The notes under the pieces: generated by a model
Told to the model about the DNA's origin: nothing
What the model saw: the letters and a program-made list of their open reading frames with translations, nothing else
Databases searched by the model: none
Assembly (NCBI GenBank): GCA_047285535.1
Contig: JBJBDC010000001.1
Span: 32,136-96,135 of the forward strand
Reading direction: 5' to 3'
Length of the DNA: 64,000 nt
Source: Synechococcus sp.
GTDB taxonomy: Bacteria > Cyanobacteriota > Cyanobacteriia > PCC-6307 > Cyanobiaceae
Program-made: the position numbers and the translations under genes
In this document: positions 52,734-62,252 of the stretch, piece by piece
Layout: each line of letters opens with the position of its first letter
Numbering within the stretch: the stretch's first letter is position 1

Positions 52734-53334
52734 GGGACAAGGATTTGTCAGGATAGATCTTATTCTGTCGATCGATTCGTAAATGATAAAGCAAGAGATT
52801 TTTGCCTAGACTTTTCTTTGTGACCATTTCTGTCCCTTGGGATCAAAAATCTGAGCATATTGGCTAGTGGTGTGATTTCCGAAAGGAAGATTCAGTTGAT
52901 TCTTACGTTGATTGAATCTTTTGGTTTCGCGTCTTGTGAAGTACTTATAGCAAGTCTTTATGCTTCGGCTCAGGCTTAATGGTTGATCCGTTCTTGACGG
53001 CAATCTCATCAAAGCAGCGATTTAATTCAATTGCAGGTCCGATGTTTTGAATAAAACTTTGATCTTCGGTCCCTTGCCTCGCTGGCGCTTAGGTGTAGCG
53101 TCGCTGAATTCTTTTAACTCGTTGTCTGGTGATGGAGACTGATTCTTGCTTTGGGCATTGTTAAGCGGTTGTCTTTCTCCTTTTTGTCCAAATTCTTTCA
53201 GGAGATGAACGGCGAAGTGTTTCATTTGTTGGGGTTTTTGGCACATTGATCGCCAATGCTTCCAGCATGAAGGGACCTTGAGGCTTGACGAGCAGGCCGT
53301 TCATCTCCGATAACACTCCTTTGAAACCGCTGGC

Positions 53335-54282
53335 ATGGATAAGGGCGTAGCCGCTGTTCTCACCTCCTTAAGCGGAGGCGATTACCTTTCTTCGGCCGAT
53401 ATGTCTGCGGAGGAAACCCAGGCGCTTCTCGACCTTGCGCGCCAACTCAAGTCGGGGGATCGTCGCATCGATCTTGGCAATCGGGTGCTGGGTTTGATTT
53501 TCACCAAGGCGTCAACACGCACTCGCGTGAGCTTTCAGGTGGCGATGGCCCGTCTCGGTGGTCAAATCGTTGATTTGAACCCTCAAGTCACCCAGCTCGG
53601 TCGAGGTGAGCCTTTGGAGGATACGGCCAGGGTGCTGAGTCGTTTTTGTGATGCCCTCGCTGTGCGCACATTTGCGCAACAGGAGTTAGTGGATTACGCC
53701 TACTGGGCATCGATTCCGGTGATCAATGCCCTCACCGATCTCGAACATCCTTGTCAGGCATTGGCTGATTTTCTCACGATGCAGGAAGCCTTTGGCGATT
53801 TGCATGGTCAAACCCTGGCCTATGTGGGTGATGGAAATAATGTGGCCCACTCCTTGATGATCTGTGGAGCTCTGCTGGGCGTCAATGTGCGCATTGGCTG
53901 TCCAGATGGTTTTGAGCCTTTGCCAGGGGTACTGGATCAGGCTCGTTCCCTAGCGGTCGCTGGAGCTCAGATTGAGGTCACCAGTGATCCTTTAGCGGCC
54001 GTGCAGGGTGCTCAGGCGGTCTACACCGATGTCTGGGCTTCTATGGGCCAGGAGAAAGAGCAGGCGGAGCGTGAGCAAGCCTTCAAGGGATTTTGTTTGG
54101 ATGAGGCTCTGTTATCGCAAGCTGATTCTCAGGCGATCGTGCTCCACTGTTTGCCTGCTCATCGAGACGAGGAGATCAGTGCTGGTGTCATGGAGAGCAG
54201 CTCAAGTCGGATCTTTGATCAAGCGGAGAATCGCCTGCACGCTCAGCAGGCCTTGCTTGCTGTTTTGCTGGGTGGTTTGTGA
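53335..54282 (+). CDS. argF: Ornithine carbamoyltransferase
   Basis: STRTR, HPCQALAD, GDGNNV, SMGQE, HCLP and QAENR motifs. Confidence 0.98.
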   Translation: MDKGVAAVLTSLSGGDYLSSADMSAEETQALLDLARQLKSGDRRIDLGNRVLGLIFTKASTRTRVSFQVAMARLGGQIVDLNPQVTQLGRGEPLEDTARVLSRFCDALAVRTFAQQELVDYAYWASIPVINALTDLEHPCQALADFLTMQEAFGDLHGQTLAYVGDGNNVAHSLMICGALLGVNVRIGCPDGFEPLPGVLDQARSLAVAGAQIEVTSDPLAAVQGAQAVYTDVWASMGQEKEQAEREQAFKGFCLDEALLSQADSQAIVLHCLPAHRDEEISAGVMESSSSRIFDQAENRLHAQQALLAVLLGGL

Positions 54283-55058
54283 GCGCATCTCCCCAGCCTT
54301 TGTCTCTGCCTGGAGGTGCAGTGACAGTGGTTCTGATTCATGGATTTACAGGTTCCCCTGCGGAGATGGGACTCCTTGCTGAAGCCTTCCATTCCGCTGG
54401 ATATGGTGTCGAGGTGCCTTTGCTGGCTGGTCACGGAACCAGCCTCAAGGATCTGATCTCGGTAAGGTCTAAGCAGTGGATTGATCCCCTTGACGCCCTA
54501 ATTGCTCGTTTGTTGTCTGAACGGAAAACGGTCGTCGTCGGTGGGCTTTCGTTGGGGGCAATTTTGACGTTGCAGCTTGCGGTGCGTTACCCCGAAATCC
54601 AAGCCTTGTTGCTTTATGCACCACCAATTCGCAGTCGAGATCCACGTCGCTTTCTGGCACCGTTGTTGACCAGATTTACGCAATCGTTGCCAAAACCACC
54701 TTCCCATTTCTGTGATCCGTTAGCTGCTGAGCGTCTGTGGTCCTATGAACGCTATCCCGTGTTGACGAGTGCGCGTGTGCTTGATCTCATTTCCCGTACT
54801 CGCAAGCAGCTCAAGGCGGTTCACCAACCTCTTCTGGCGATTGCTAGTCGTCGCGACAATGTGGTTTCAAAGAGTGGCATTGAGCTGTTGATGAGGAGCG
54901 TCCAGTCGAATCCTCAGGAACTTCATTGGCTGGAACGCAGTAGTCATGCGATCACGGTGGATGGTGAATGGAAGACAGTCCGTGATCTAAGCCTTGAGTT
55001 TTTACGTAAGATTTTTCAACTTCAATCTGAGTTGAGCCATGGATCAAGAGGAACGTGA
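54279..55058 (+). CDS. Alpha/beta-hydrolase carboxylesterase
   Basis: LIHGFTGSP, GHG, nucleophile GLSLG, then D and H (SSHAI); overlaps the argF stop. Confidence 0.9.
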   Translation: MSASPQPLSLPGGAVTVVLIHGFTGSPAEMGLLAEAFHSAGYGVEVPLLAGHGTSLKDLISVRSKQWIDPLDALIARLLSERKTVVVGGLSLGAILTLQLAVRYPEIQALLLYAPPIRSRDPRRFLAPLLTRFTQSLPKPPSHFCDPLAAERLWSYERYPVLTSARVLDLISRTRKQLKAVHQPLLAIASRRDNVVSKSGIELLMRSVQSNPQELHWLERSSHAITVDGEWKTVRDLSLEFLRKIFQLQSELSHGSRGT

Positions 55059-55181
55059 CAACTGGCGAAGGGTTCTCGATGCACTCGAAGCAGCGGGCGA
55101 TCGAGAGAGCGGTTTTTATCTCAGAGCACAAGCGATTTGCAACGGTGAACCTGATCCTTTGATCCAGATGGAGAAGACCTC

Positions 55182-55430
55182 ATGAGCATCAATCCTATTG
55201 AAAGAGGCCTTGAACAATCCTTTGAAATTGAGAAGTGGGGCCGATTGATCCGTGAGTGCGACAACATAGATACGTTGAAAGAAACAGCACTTTCTCTGCT
55301 GCAACAATTGGCCCAGTTCAAAGCATCGAGTGCCTGGATGGCATCAAGAGCCTCGGAATCCGAGAATTCCAAGTTGGAAATGTTGGCCGAGTTGATTAAG
55401 CAAAAAAATCTGAATCAGGATCAGAAATGA
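55182..55430 (+). CDS. Small helical hypothetical protein
   Basis: 82 aa; LEQSFEIEK..R.I...LKE.A..LL pattern; ATGA overlap with the next gene. Confidence 0.7.
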   Translation: MSINPIERGLEQSFEIEKWGRLIRECDNIDTLKETALSLLQQLAQFKASSAWMASRASESENSKLEMLAELIKQKNLNQDQK

Positions 55431-55891
55431 ACATTGTTTTCAAGCTTTACAAGCCGTTCTTTTTGAAGAATTTTTTATTTACCGGGTCAGCGATAGCTGC
55501 GGTTTTGGTTCCTATGCCAGGCCATGCAACTTGGGCCCCAAAGCCTGAGCCAAGCTTTTGGAGTGAGGTTCGGGTTCAGCTGGCAAAAAACGGGAACATC
55601 CAAGATGCAAATTGGACGTTTATGGAGGCGCTTCAGTCTCCCAAAATCGAGGCCGCTGAGTATTTACGTGATCCCCGTCGTAGCGAGGAGGTGGTTTCCT
55701 TTAAAGCATTGTTGCTGATGCGTCAAGGACAGAAGAGTTCTTGGGAGGTGCGACAGATATCCATGCGTGCCCAGTGCAGTGATGGCGTTCTCGAACGTCA
55801 GGATCAGCAGGGGCAATGGCTTGAATATCCAGGGCGTAAAGGGACAGCTTCCAAGGTGAGCTGGATCTGTGCACAAGCCCCGAAACCCTGA
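55427..55891 (+). CDS. Secreted hypothetical protein
   Basis: Signal-peptide-like N-terminus; two Cys (AQC, WIC). Confidence 0.7.
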   Translation: MNIVFKLYKPFFLKNFLFTGSAIAAVLVPMPGHATWAPKPEPSFWSEVRVQLAKNGNIQDANWTFMEALQSPKIEAAEYLRDPRRSEEVVSFKALLLMRQGQKSSWEVRQISMRAQCSDGVLERQDQQGQWLEYPGRKGTASKVSWICAQAPKP

Positions 55892-55917
55892 ACCTCTTGC
55901 CAAACAGCTATAAGATA

Positions 55918-55931
55918 GGTACATATGTATT
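55918..55931. promoter_or_regulatory. Putative LexA (SOS) box for lexA autoregulation
   Basis: GGTACATATGTATT is close to the cyanobacterial AGTACA-N2-TGTACT box; lies between TAAGAT (-10-like) and the lexA start. Confidence 0.7.
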
Positions 55932-55951
55932 GACCGAACAAGAACATCCTG

Positions 55952-56569
55952 GTGGCCACTGGATCCCCCGAAGCGCTCACAGCAGCTCAGCAAGAGTTAT
56001 ACGACTGGCTTGCGGACTACATCAGTAACCACCGCCATAGCCCCTCCATTCGTCAGATGATGCAGGCGATGGGGCTACGATCACCTGCCCCTGTGCAAAG
56101 TCGTCTGAGGCATTTGCAGCAAAAGGGTTGGTTGACTTGGCAGGAAGGCCAAGCACGTACTTTGCAGTTGTTGGGGGGGATGACATCAGGTATTCCTGTG
56201 CTTGGAGCTGTGGCGGCCGGCGGTTTGGTTGAGACGTTTGATGATGTGCAAGAACGCCTTGACCTGGGTCCAGTACTTGAGACTCGTGGTTTATTTGCGC
56301 TCACCGTGAATGGTGATTCGATGGTGGATGCTCATATCGCTGATGGTGATGTTGTTCTGATGGAGCCAGTTCACGAGCCAGGTCGGCTCCGTCAGGGCAC
56401 GATTGTGAGCGCCTTGGTTCCTGGGAGTGGCACCACCCTCAAACATTTTCATCTTGATGGAAGTGTGGTGCGACTAGAGGCGGCGAATCCTGCTTATGAC
56501 CCCATTGAGCTTCCAGCTGAGCAAGTGCAGGTGCAAGGCAAACTGATGGCGGTTTGGCGTCAGGTTTGA
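55952..56569 (+). CDS. lexA: SOS repressor LexA
   Basis: LT..QQE.Y wHTH, PSIRQM, VAAG cleavage site, GDSM catalytic Ser and TLK catalytic Lys. Confidence 0.97.
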   Translation: MATGSPEALTAAQQELYDWLADYISNHRHSPSIRQMMQAMGLRSPAPVQSRLRHLQQKGWLTWQEGQARTLQLLGGMTSGIPVLGAVAAGGLVETFDDVQERLDLGPVLETRGLFALTVNGDSMVDAHIADGDVVLMEPVHEPGRLRQGTIVSALVPGSGTTLKHFHLDGSVVRLEAANPAYDPIELPAEQVQVQGKLMAVWRQV

Positions 56570-56634
56570 ACAACATGGCGTTGTAAGCTTCGCCATAGCG
56601 CAGGTTCGAGCCTACGGGCTTCCTCCTCGTCTAT

Positions 56635-56707
56635 GGGGCCATAGCTCAGCTGGTAGAGCACCTGCATGGCATGCAGGGGGTCAGCGGTTCGAATCCGCTT
56701 GGCTCCA
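56635..56707 (+). tRNA. tRNA-Ala(GGC)
   Basis: GGGGCCA/TGGCTCC acceptor stem with G3:U70, D arm, CCTGC-ATGGCAT-GCAGG anticodon arm and GGTTCGAATCC T arm; CCA not encoded. Confidence 0.98.
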
Positions 56708-57085
56708 CTAGGTTTTAACCAAGTGCGACAACCCCACTGGTCCAAAATTTGGTACAAGGCTGCAGTAGCTGAAATCTTTTTGTAGCAAGCTCAGCGTTTG
56801 CCCAAAAGGTCAGTCCATTGGACCGCATCAGGTCCAGTATCAATGAAGCATTAGCAACGCTGACACTGGCTACTGCAGCAGGTCTCTTTGCCCCTGTAAG
56901 CAAGATCACAGACCTGGGTGATGGCCATCAGCGAGCGAGGCGGTGAGTTCAGAGAAGCTGAAGGAGTCAGGGGGGCAGCCCAGCGCTGAACTCTCAGCTC
57001 TTCCTCAGAAGATTCAAGCGATTTGGATCTACAAAAAGGGAGGAGCCATCCCTTCTGGTTCGTTCACTTCAAGACACCGATCACC

Positions 57086-57271
57086 ATGACTGACATCAAC
57101 TCAAAAGCGATGGATGAATCACCCGTGGATTCAGAACAGATGGATCAGGAAATCAAGCCGGAAGACCTGCATGCGATCTCTGGTGGCTGGGGAAGGAGTT
57201 GCTATTACAGCTACAGCAACAACCGTTCTGCGAGCTACACCACTACATCAAGTAATGACGGTAAAAATTGA
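57086..57271 (+). CDS. Double-glycine-leader peptide precursor (bacteriocin/RiPP-like)
   Basis: Leader ends EIKPEDLHAISGG; core WGRSCYYSYSNNRSASYTTTSSNDGKN. Confidence 0.7.
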   Translation: MTDINSKAMDESPVDSEQMDQEIKPEDLHAISGGWGRSCYYSYSNNRSASYTTTSSNDGKN

Positions 57272-57415
57272 CAGCAGTGAGTGAGCTACCTGCCCCCTCC
57301 CGCCACGAGCGAGGTTAAAATCTATGAATGGTCCTAATTTGAGGCGGATTGAAAAGAATAAATGGTCTTTTGATCCATTCAGACAAACGAAGTAGTATTA
57401 ACTCCACCCATAGCT

Positions 57416-57832
57416 TTAAAAAGCTGTTGCTTCCCTGAATAAACGATCATAACGAGTATTAAATCCATCGCTCTTTTTCTGTACTAACCTGCCCATACCT
57501 TTCGAAAGCACACCTCCTTCAGCATTGAATTTGTAGAGAATAACATCACGCTTTGGCTTGTCATCATCACCTCTTTTGAACTCAGCAATGGCAGTATTTT
57601 CAAAACTCATGAAATCACGATCACTTCCCGCTGTCGTGAATGTCACAGACATCAAGTAATCATTTGAGTCAAGTAGGACTTCTGCGTGTACACCCCCTTT
57701 TACGAGCATTAAGGATTCATGGGTATCACCACCAGTGATCGGGTCAGGGTCATGGGGATCATCAAGGGCATCCCTGACTACAACATCAATACTTTCACCA
57801 TCGCTTTTCTGATCGCCAACCCTGGCTACCAA
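57416..57832 (-). CDS. Hypothetical protein, probably 5'-truncated
   Basis: 138-aa ORF with only a TTG start; in-frame stop 10 codons upstream; 19 bp from a divergent gene. Confidence 0.5.
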   Translation of the reverse strand: MVARVGDQKSDGESIDVVVRDALDDPHDPDPITGGDTHESLMLVKGGVHAEVLLDSNDYLMSVTFTTAGSDRDFMSFENTAIAEFKRGDDDKPKRDVILYKFNAEGGVLSKGMGRLVQKKSDGFNTRYDRLFREATAF

Positions 57833-57851
57833 TAAGAAAAAGCCGATCCCC

Positions 57852-58220
57852 GTGATAATTCATTCTCGTTCGATCACCGTCGCCGCTCTCGGACTTCTTG
57901 GTGCCTGCGGTTCGGCTATGAATAATGCTCCAATCGTTTTCAACTGTGATTCCTTCAACAAGGGACAGACCTATCGGGTGAGGTTGTCACCCGATTCAAA
58001 TCATGTCGATGTGATGTGGGGTGTACAGCCCTATCAATACACCGAAGAACCCATGTCTCCAGAAAAAGTCCAACAAGGTTGGAGACGATGGGTGACCAAC
58101 GCAGATCGAAAAGGCAAAGCCAACAGCTGGACTGAACTCAACACCAAGTCAGGAGCCTTGAGACACATTGGCATCAACGGTCAGGTTGATTCGTTAGGCC
58201 GTTGTTTACAACAGAAGTGA
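57852..58220 (+). CDS. Putative lipoprotein
   Basis: Hydrophobic signal with lipobox LGAC. Confidence 0.65.
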   Translation: MIIHSRSITVAALGLLGACGSAMNNAPIVFNCDSFNKGQTYRVRLSPDSNHVDVMWGVQPYQYTEEPMSPEKVQQGWRRWVTNADRKGKANSWTELNTKSGALRHIGINGQVDSLGRCLQQK

Positions 58221-58369
58221 CCAGCAACCAAGCACATCAAAATGAGGAAATGCGTTGTCCTGTGGATTGCCAATATGCTTGCCCATCTGGAGGACTCCAA
58301 TCATCCGCGCAGTTGTCAGAGAGCCATGAAGACGCTGATCAATCACCAACAGGCTCACTGATCGCTGAA

Positions 58370-58666
58370 TTACTGCATCACCTTGAGGCTGTATTGCCCT
58401 GTTCGAGTGAAGGTGATGTCGCCCATTGTGTTGATGCGGATATAGCCAGTGCCCTGATCCTTCGCCAGGAAAGTAAAAGCCCAGCGATTGGAATCCACCG
58501 TGACATTGCCACCGCTCTGACGGAATTGGCAGTTAAAGGTTTCTGGAGGGGTGTTCATGCCGTCGTAACGGATCAGCGTGCATCTGGCAGGAACGATCTC
58601 AGCCATGGCTGAAGCCGCTAGGGCTACAAGAGCGAGTGCAGATGCGGCGGGTGTTGTGCGGATCAT
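58370..58666 (-). CDS. Small secreted hypothetical protein
   Basis: MIRTT..AMA signal peptide; beta-rich domain with two Cys. Confidence 0.7.
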   Translation of the reverse strand: MIRTTPAASALALVALAASAMAEIVPARCTLIRYDGMNTPPETFNCQFRQSGGNVTVDSNRWAFTFLAKDQGTGYIRINTMGDITFTRTGQYSLKVMQ

Positions 58667-58702
58667 TTGCTTAGGGGCCGTTTGCTTGTGGTTTAAAGCC
58701 AC

Positions 58703-59149
58703 TTATTTTTGGATGTAATACGACGTGGGAAGACCAACTGCGCCTGCATAAAAAACCAAGGCCTTGGCGACGTCTGTTCCTGTGTTCTCGCAAGTATGCA
58801 GATCATTTTTGAAGGTTGTTGGGAGAACATCCCCTTTCACAAAGCGCTTGGCAACTCCCGAAGTGGGAACCTCGCACAGAAGTTCTCCTTCTTGAATCAG
58901 TGCGGCTCCTGGCATGTCATGGGAGTGTGGTTCTGATTTGGCTCCAGGCTGGAAGAGAATGGTTTTGACAGTGATCAGTGGTGTTCCTTTGGGGTATTTG
59001 TACTGGTCTCCCTTCCAGGACGATGATGCTTGCAAGAGAACTTCAGAAGAGATGGGTTCAGGCTTTGTCTCGGCCTGTTCAGCTAAAAGCCTCTGAGTGC
59101 CACAGCCGGCCACGACTAGTGCTGCTGCGATGAGTGTTGTGCGGATCAT
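58703..59149 (-). CDS. Exported cupin-domain (lipo)protein
   Basis: Signal with VAGC lipobox; cupin motifs PG...HSH..GEL and KGD....H..EN. Confidence 0.8.
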   Translation of the reverse strand: MIRTTLIAAALVVAGCGTQRLLAEQAETKPEPISSEVLLQASSSWKGDQYKYPKGTPLITVKTILFQPGAKSEPHSHDMPGAALIQEGELLCEVPTSGVAKRFVKGDVLPTTFKNDLHTCENTGTDVAKALVFYAGAVGLPTSYYIQK

Positions 59150-59322
59150 TCGCGGGGTCGATGGTTGATCTGATGCCATCAAAGAGTCAGACCTTTGACG
59201 CAAACGCTGATTGAGTGAAAAACACCAAGGCCTCACCGCAATCTTGCACTCACTTTTGCACTAAACAATTTTTCATCCTCAAAGATGACTGTGCATCAGG
59301 GATTTTCGTTGAATAGCTGTTT

Positions 59323-59366
59323 GCTTGGCATGCAGGAGGACGGAGGTTTGAATCGGTTTGGCTTCA
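59323..59366 (+). repeat. Degenerate direct repeat of the tRNA-Ala 3' half (att-like scar)
   Basis: 35/44 ungapped identity with 56664-56707 by manual alignment. Confidence 0.85.
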
Positions 59367-60325
59367 TGGAGTTTTTCAAGGCATAGCCTTGATTTTCGAG
59401 TTTTTAGGGGGACGTCCTTCTACGCATGGTGCTCCACCTGGATACTCCCATTTCAATCCATTTCTGCAAACAGGACGTTTGTTCTGCTCATGGTTCCACT
59501 GCAGTGGTTTAAACATTTCAGAGGGCAATTCCAAGTCCGTTTCGGAGGGTGTTGGGGCATTGCAGGTCGGATTGGGGACATATGCTTTCGCGCCGCATGA
59601 ATGGCGGTCATCATCATCAAAATCCCAGACATTCGGTTCAGCTGGTTGTGATGTGTTGGTACATCTGGTTTGACCTGGACACGCAGGCCATGTTTGTGAG
59701 TTCTAGAAGGCGTTCTGCCAATTGTTAATCGCTCTTACAACACTCGCCTTGGCGAACTGTGTCGAGCGGCTTGATATTCTCTCCATTACAGCCGGAAGAA
59801 AAGACCTCATTAGAGAGAAGCCTTCATTAGGTAAATCAATCTTTCACGGCAAAAGGGTCCCGGCGAATAGCTTGGTTACGAGACAACGGAGCGAATAAAT
59901 AGCATCACAGAGACAGCTAGGGTTAGAATCAGAAATTGTGACTCTATAGAAGGGCGATTGGTTCTTGGAGTTGGTAACTAAATCGATATCATTGGGGCCA
60001 ATCCGGACTGGGCTCAGTGGTTCGCGGAAAGCATTGCTGATGCCGCTTGATTATCGGATTTGTTTATACATCGGTTGGGTTATGTGATGTTGGGGTCTGG
60101 AACTGAATAACTTTTGGCTGAGTCATAAATTGGCGCTAAAAATTGATCGCTTGAAGGCATGTCTTGACTGAAAGACTTGAATAAGGACTCCCTGAAAGAA
60201 GTGGTTCTAAGTAGTATTGGTATAGCCTGATGTGGCGTATGGGGCATGGAGAGGATGCGCTTTTTGAGTACATTGATGAGTGGCCGAGTTGAAACATTGG
60301 CCGGCCTCGTCAACGTGTTGAGCCA

Positions 60326-60760
60326 ATGAACACAATCAAAGTTCAGCTTTGTGCCGCCACGATTCCGGGATTTCCCGGCATCTTTGCTGATCATTATTGG
60401 CTTGTTGTTCTTCGTGGTATCGAGGGCATGCCTCCCCAGACTTGTGACCGCTGGGAAGTATGGCAACACTCTTCCCTAAATGATTCTTGTTGGGGGCATC
60501 TACATAAGAATCTTTTGGATCCCTATCAGGGAGTTGGTCATGGACCATCTCGTGTAATAGAGCAATGGGTGGCTGATGAGGCTTCGTGTCTCATTCAGAA
60601 AATTGAATCATCTCCAAGTACTTACCCATTCCTTGAAGAATATCGATATTGGCCTGGCCCGAATAGCAACACTTTTGCTCAATGGGTCGTTCGAGAAACA
60701 ACAGAACTTGGAAGACGTGCGATTGGACGCAACTTCCCTGTTCCAGAAATCATCCGATGA
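60326..60760 (+). CDS. DUF3750-like protein
   Basis: GIFADHYW, DRWEVW and YP....YRYWPGPNSNTF motifs. Confidence 0.75.
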   Translation: MNTIKVQLCAATIPGFPGIFADHYWLVVLRGIEGMPPQTCDRWEVWQHSSLNDSCWGHLHKNLLDPYQGVGHGPSRVIEQWVADEASCLIQKIESSPSTYPFLEEYRYWPGPNSNTFAQWVVRETTELGRRAIGRNFPVPEIIR

Positions 60761-60869
60761 TGATTTGCCGTCGATGGCAAAAGCGATTGGACACATTCGT
60801 CACCATTAGTGTTTGTTTTGATGTCACTTGACACACCATCGATCTCTGAGAAGGTCGCTGAGAGCGTGA

Positions 60870-61310
60870 CTAGTCCCCTGTAGAGATGTGTGGGGACCCT
60901 TGTTCTCTCCAGAACGCCAGAAGCTCCAATGGAGTTGGAAAGTTGAGGCATTCTTCCCAGCACGCTATGACCGCTACATCTCGCTTTGTCAGCCAAGATG
61001 CAAACTTTTCGGTAGAGAGCGTTTTAGCTGCTGTTATTCCCTGAAACTTTTTCGGATTGGCTTGTTTATACGGTTTGAACAATTCACCGAGCCCTGTCTT
61101 GGTCATCCTGCGCTTAGCAGGGGCGAAAGGGATCGGCCTTGGCGATGGCAGTGTTTTTTCTTGTGATGTCTCAGTCTTGCGGGCTTGACGGGCGTCTGTG
61201 GGACTCCGATTTGTATCGTCAATATGTTGCCCAGCACGGCGAGCCATGCGCCTGTCTGCCTCAACCATCCGATCAATCAGATGATTGAATCCATCAGTGA
61301 TTGAACTCAT
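60870..61310 (-). CDS. Hypothetical basic protein
   Basis: 146 aa; ATGA overlap with the upstream ORF. Confidence 0.6.
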   Translation of the reverse strand: MSSITDGFNHLIDRMVEADRRMARRAGQHIDDTNRSPTDARQARKTETSQEKTLPSPRPIPFAPAKRRMTKTGLGELFKPYKQANPKKFQGITAAKTLSTEKFASWLTKRDVAVIACWEECLNFPTPLELLAFWREQGSPHISTGD

Positions 61311-61513
61311 AGACCTGCCTCGATTTTCTGCACGTCATGAATTTCTTTGGCTGCTTTCCAGGCAGGCATAAATGCATTGCAAGCTGCAAGTAAGCGTTGG
61401 ATGGGGCGTGCACCTTGAAATGAACCGGGTCCTTTTTTGTAGTCCTCGATATCTTCGACCATTGTGTCACCAGCTTTCTCAAGGCTGGAGAAGACATCTC
61501 TGTATTTGGTCAA
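61307..61513 (-). CDS. Hypothetical protein
   Basis: 68 aa; 4-nt overlaps with both neighbours. Confidence 0.55.
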   Translation of the reverse strand: MTKYRDVFSSLEKAGDTMVEDIEDYKKGPGSFQGARPIQRLLAACNAFMPAWKAAKEIHDVQKIEAGL

Positions 61514-61788
61514 GATGCCCAGGAGTTGTGCCCGTTCTTGATAGTCAAGCTGGGCGTCATTGGCGTAGTTGCTGATCTCTTCTTGAACTGGTTGATGAGG
61601 ACGTCACGCTCTTTGACTTGGCGGATGTACTGGCCGCGGCTTCTGTTGACAGTGATGGCTGCTTTGCGCAGGAGGTCGTCGTTATTGCGGAGGTCAGCTT
61701 TCTCTGGCTTTGCTGCAAAGACCTGCCGATGGATGCATAAGGGGCTTGTGTGATAACACTCTGCTCGCACTGGAGCTCTTAATCCCAC
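61510..61788 (-). CDS. Hypothetical protein, 5' end uncertain
   Basis: 92 aa; stop overlaps the next start (TTGA). Confidence 0.45.
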   Translation of the reverse strand: MGLRAPVRAECYHTSPLCIHRQVFAAKPEKADLRNNDDLLRKAAITVNRSRGQYIRQVKERDVLINQFKKRSATTPMTPSLTIKNGHNSWAS

Positions 61789-61925
61789 TCTTGAGCAGGC
61801 AGTTTGGTGAGAAAGAGCTATGAGTTTTCTAGATGGTTCTGTTTGTGGCCCGTTCTAAGGGTTATTCAAGACAGAGCCCTGCGGCAGTTTGCAGTTTCAG
61901 CTTTGCTGACAGGTTGTGAGGGCAT

Positions 61926-61950
61926 AAAAAACCCCGCTCGTGGCGGGGGG
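61926..61950 (-). terminator. Intrinsic terminator of the CCRG-2-like gene
   Basis: CCCCGC-CACGA-GCGGGG-TTTTTT on the minus strand. Confidence 0.85.
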
Positions 61951-61976
61951 AGGTCAATCCATTTGGACGTGGATTC

Positions 61977-62252
61977 TCAAAAAGGAAGATTTTCACAATT
62001 ATCCTTCACTTGAGTTGAATTACAGCTATTCTCAGACCCAAGTCCAGTCGGATGTACATGGGGTTCTTTACCTTCCTTTACCAGATTTTCATTGGTTCCC
62101 TTCACTGACTGACCACCCATTGTATTTAGGAACGAATCACACCCTGCTTGAGCAGGTTTTTTTTTCTCTGATTTACAGGCTCCAAGTAAAAGCCATATTA
62201 ATCCACCTTGGATATCTTTGAGTTGATCGAGTGTGAGTTCGTTGTCAGTCAT
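61977..62252 (-). CDS. CCRG-2-like double-glycine-leader peptide
   Basis: MTDNELTLDQLKDIQGG leader typical of picocyanobacterial CCRG-2 peptides; 74-aa core with 4 Cys. Confidence 0.8.
   Translation of the reverse strand: MTDNELTLDQLKDIQGGLIWLLLGACKSEKKKPAQAGCDSFLNTMGGQSVKGTNENLVKEGKEPHVHPTGLGSENSCNSTQVKDNCENLPF

Noticed and set aside
52806..53246. Short minus-strand ORFs between ftsH and argF
   Set aside because: Low complexity with no recognisable features; cannot be distinguished from chance ORFs
59323..59366. Second tRNA gene
   Set aside because: It lacks the 5' half and D arm, and the T stem is disrupted
59380..60080. Short ORFs and a GGTACA half-site after the att-like scar
   Set aside because: No coherent frame or motif; the half-site alone is too weak
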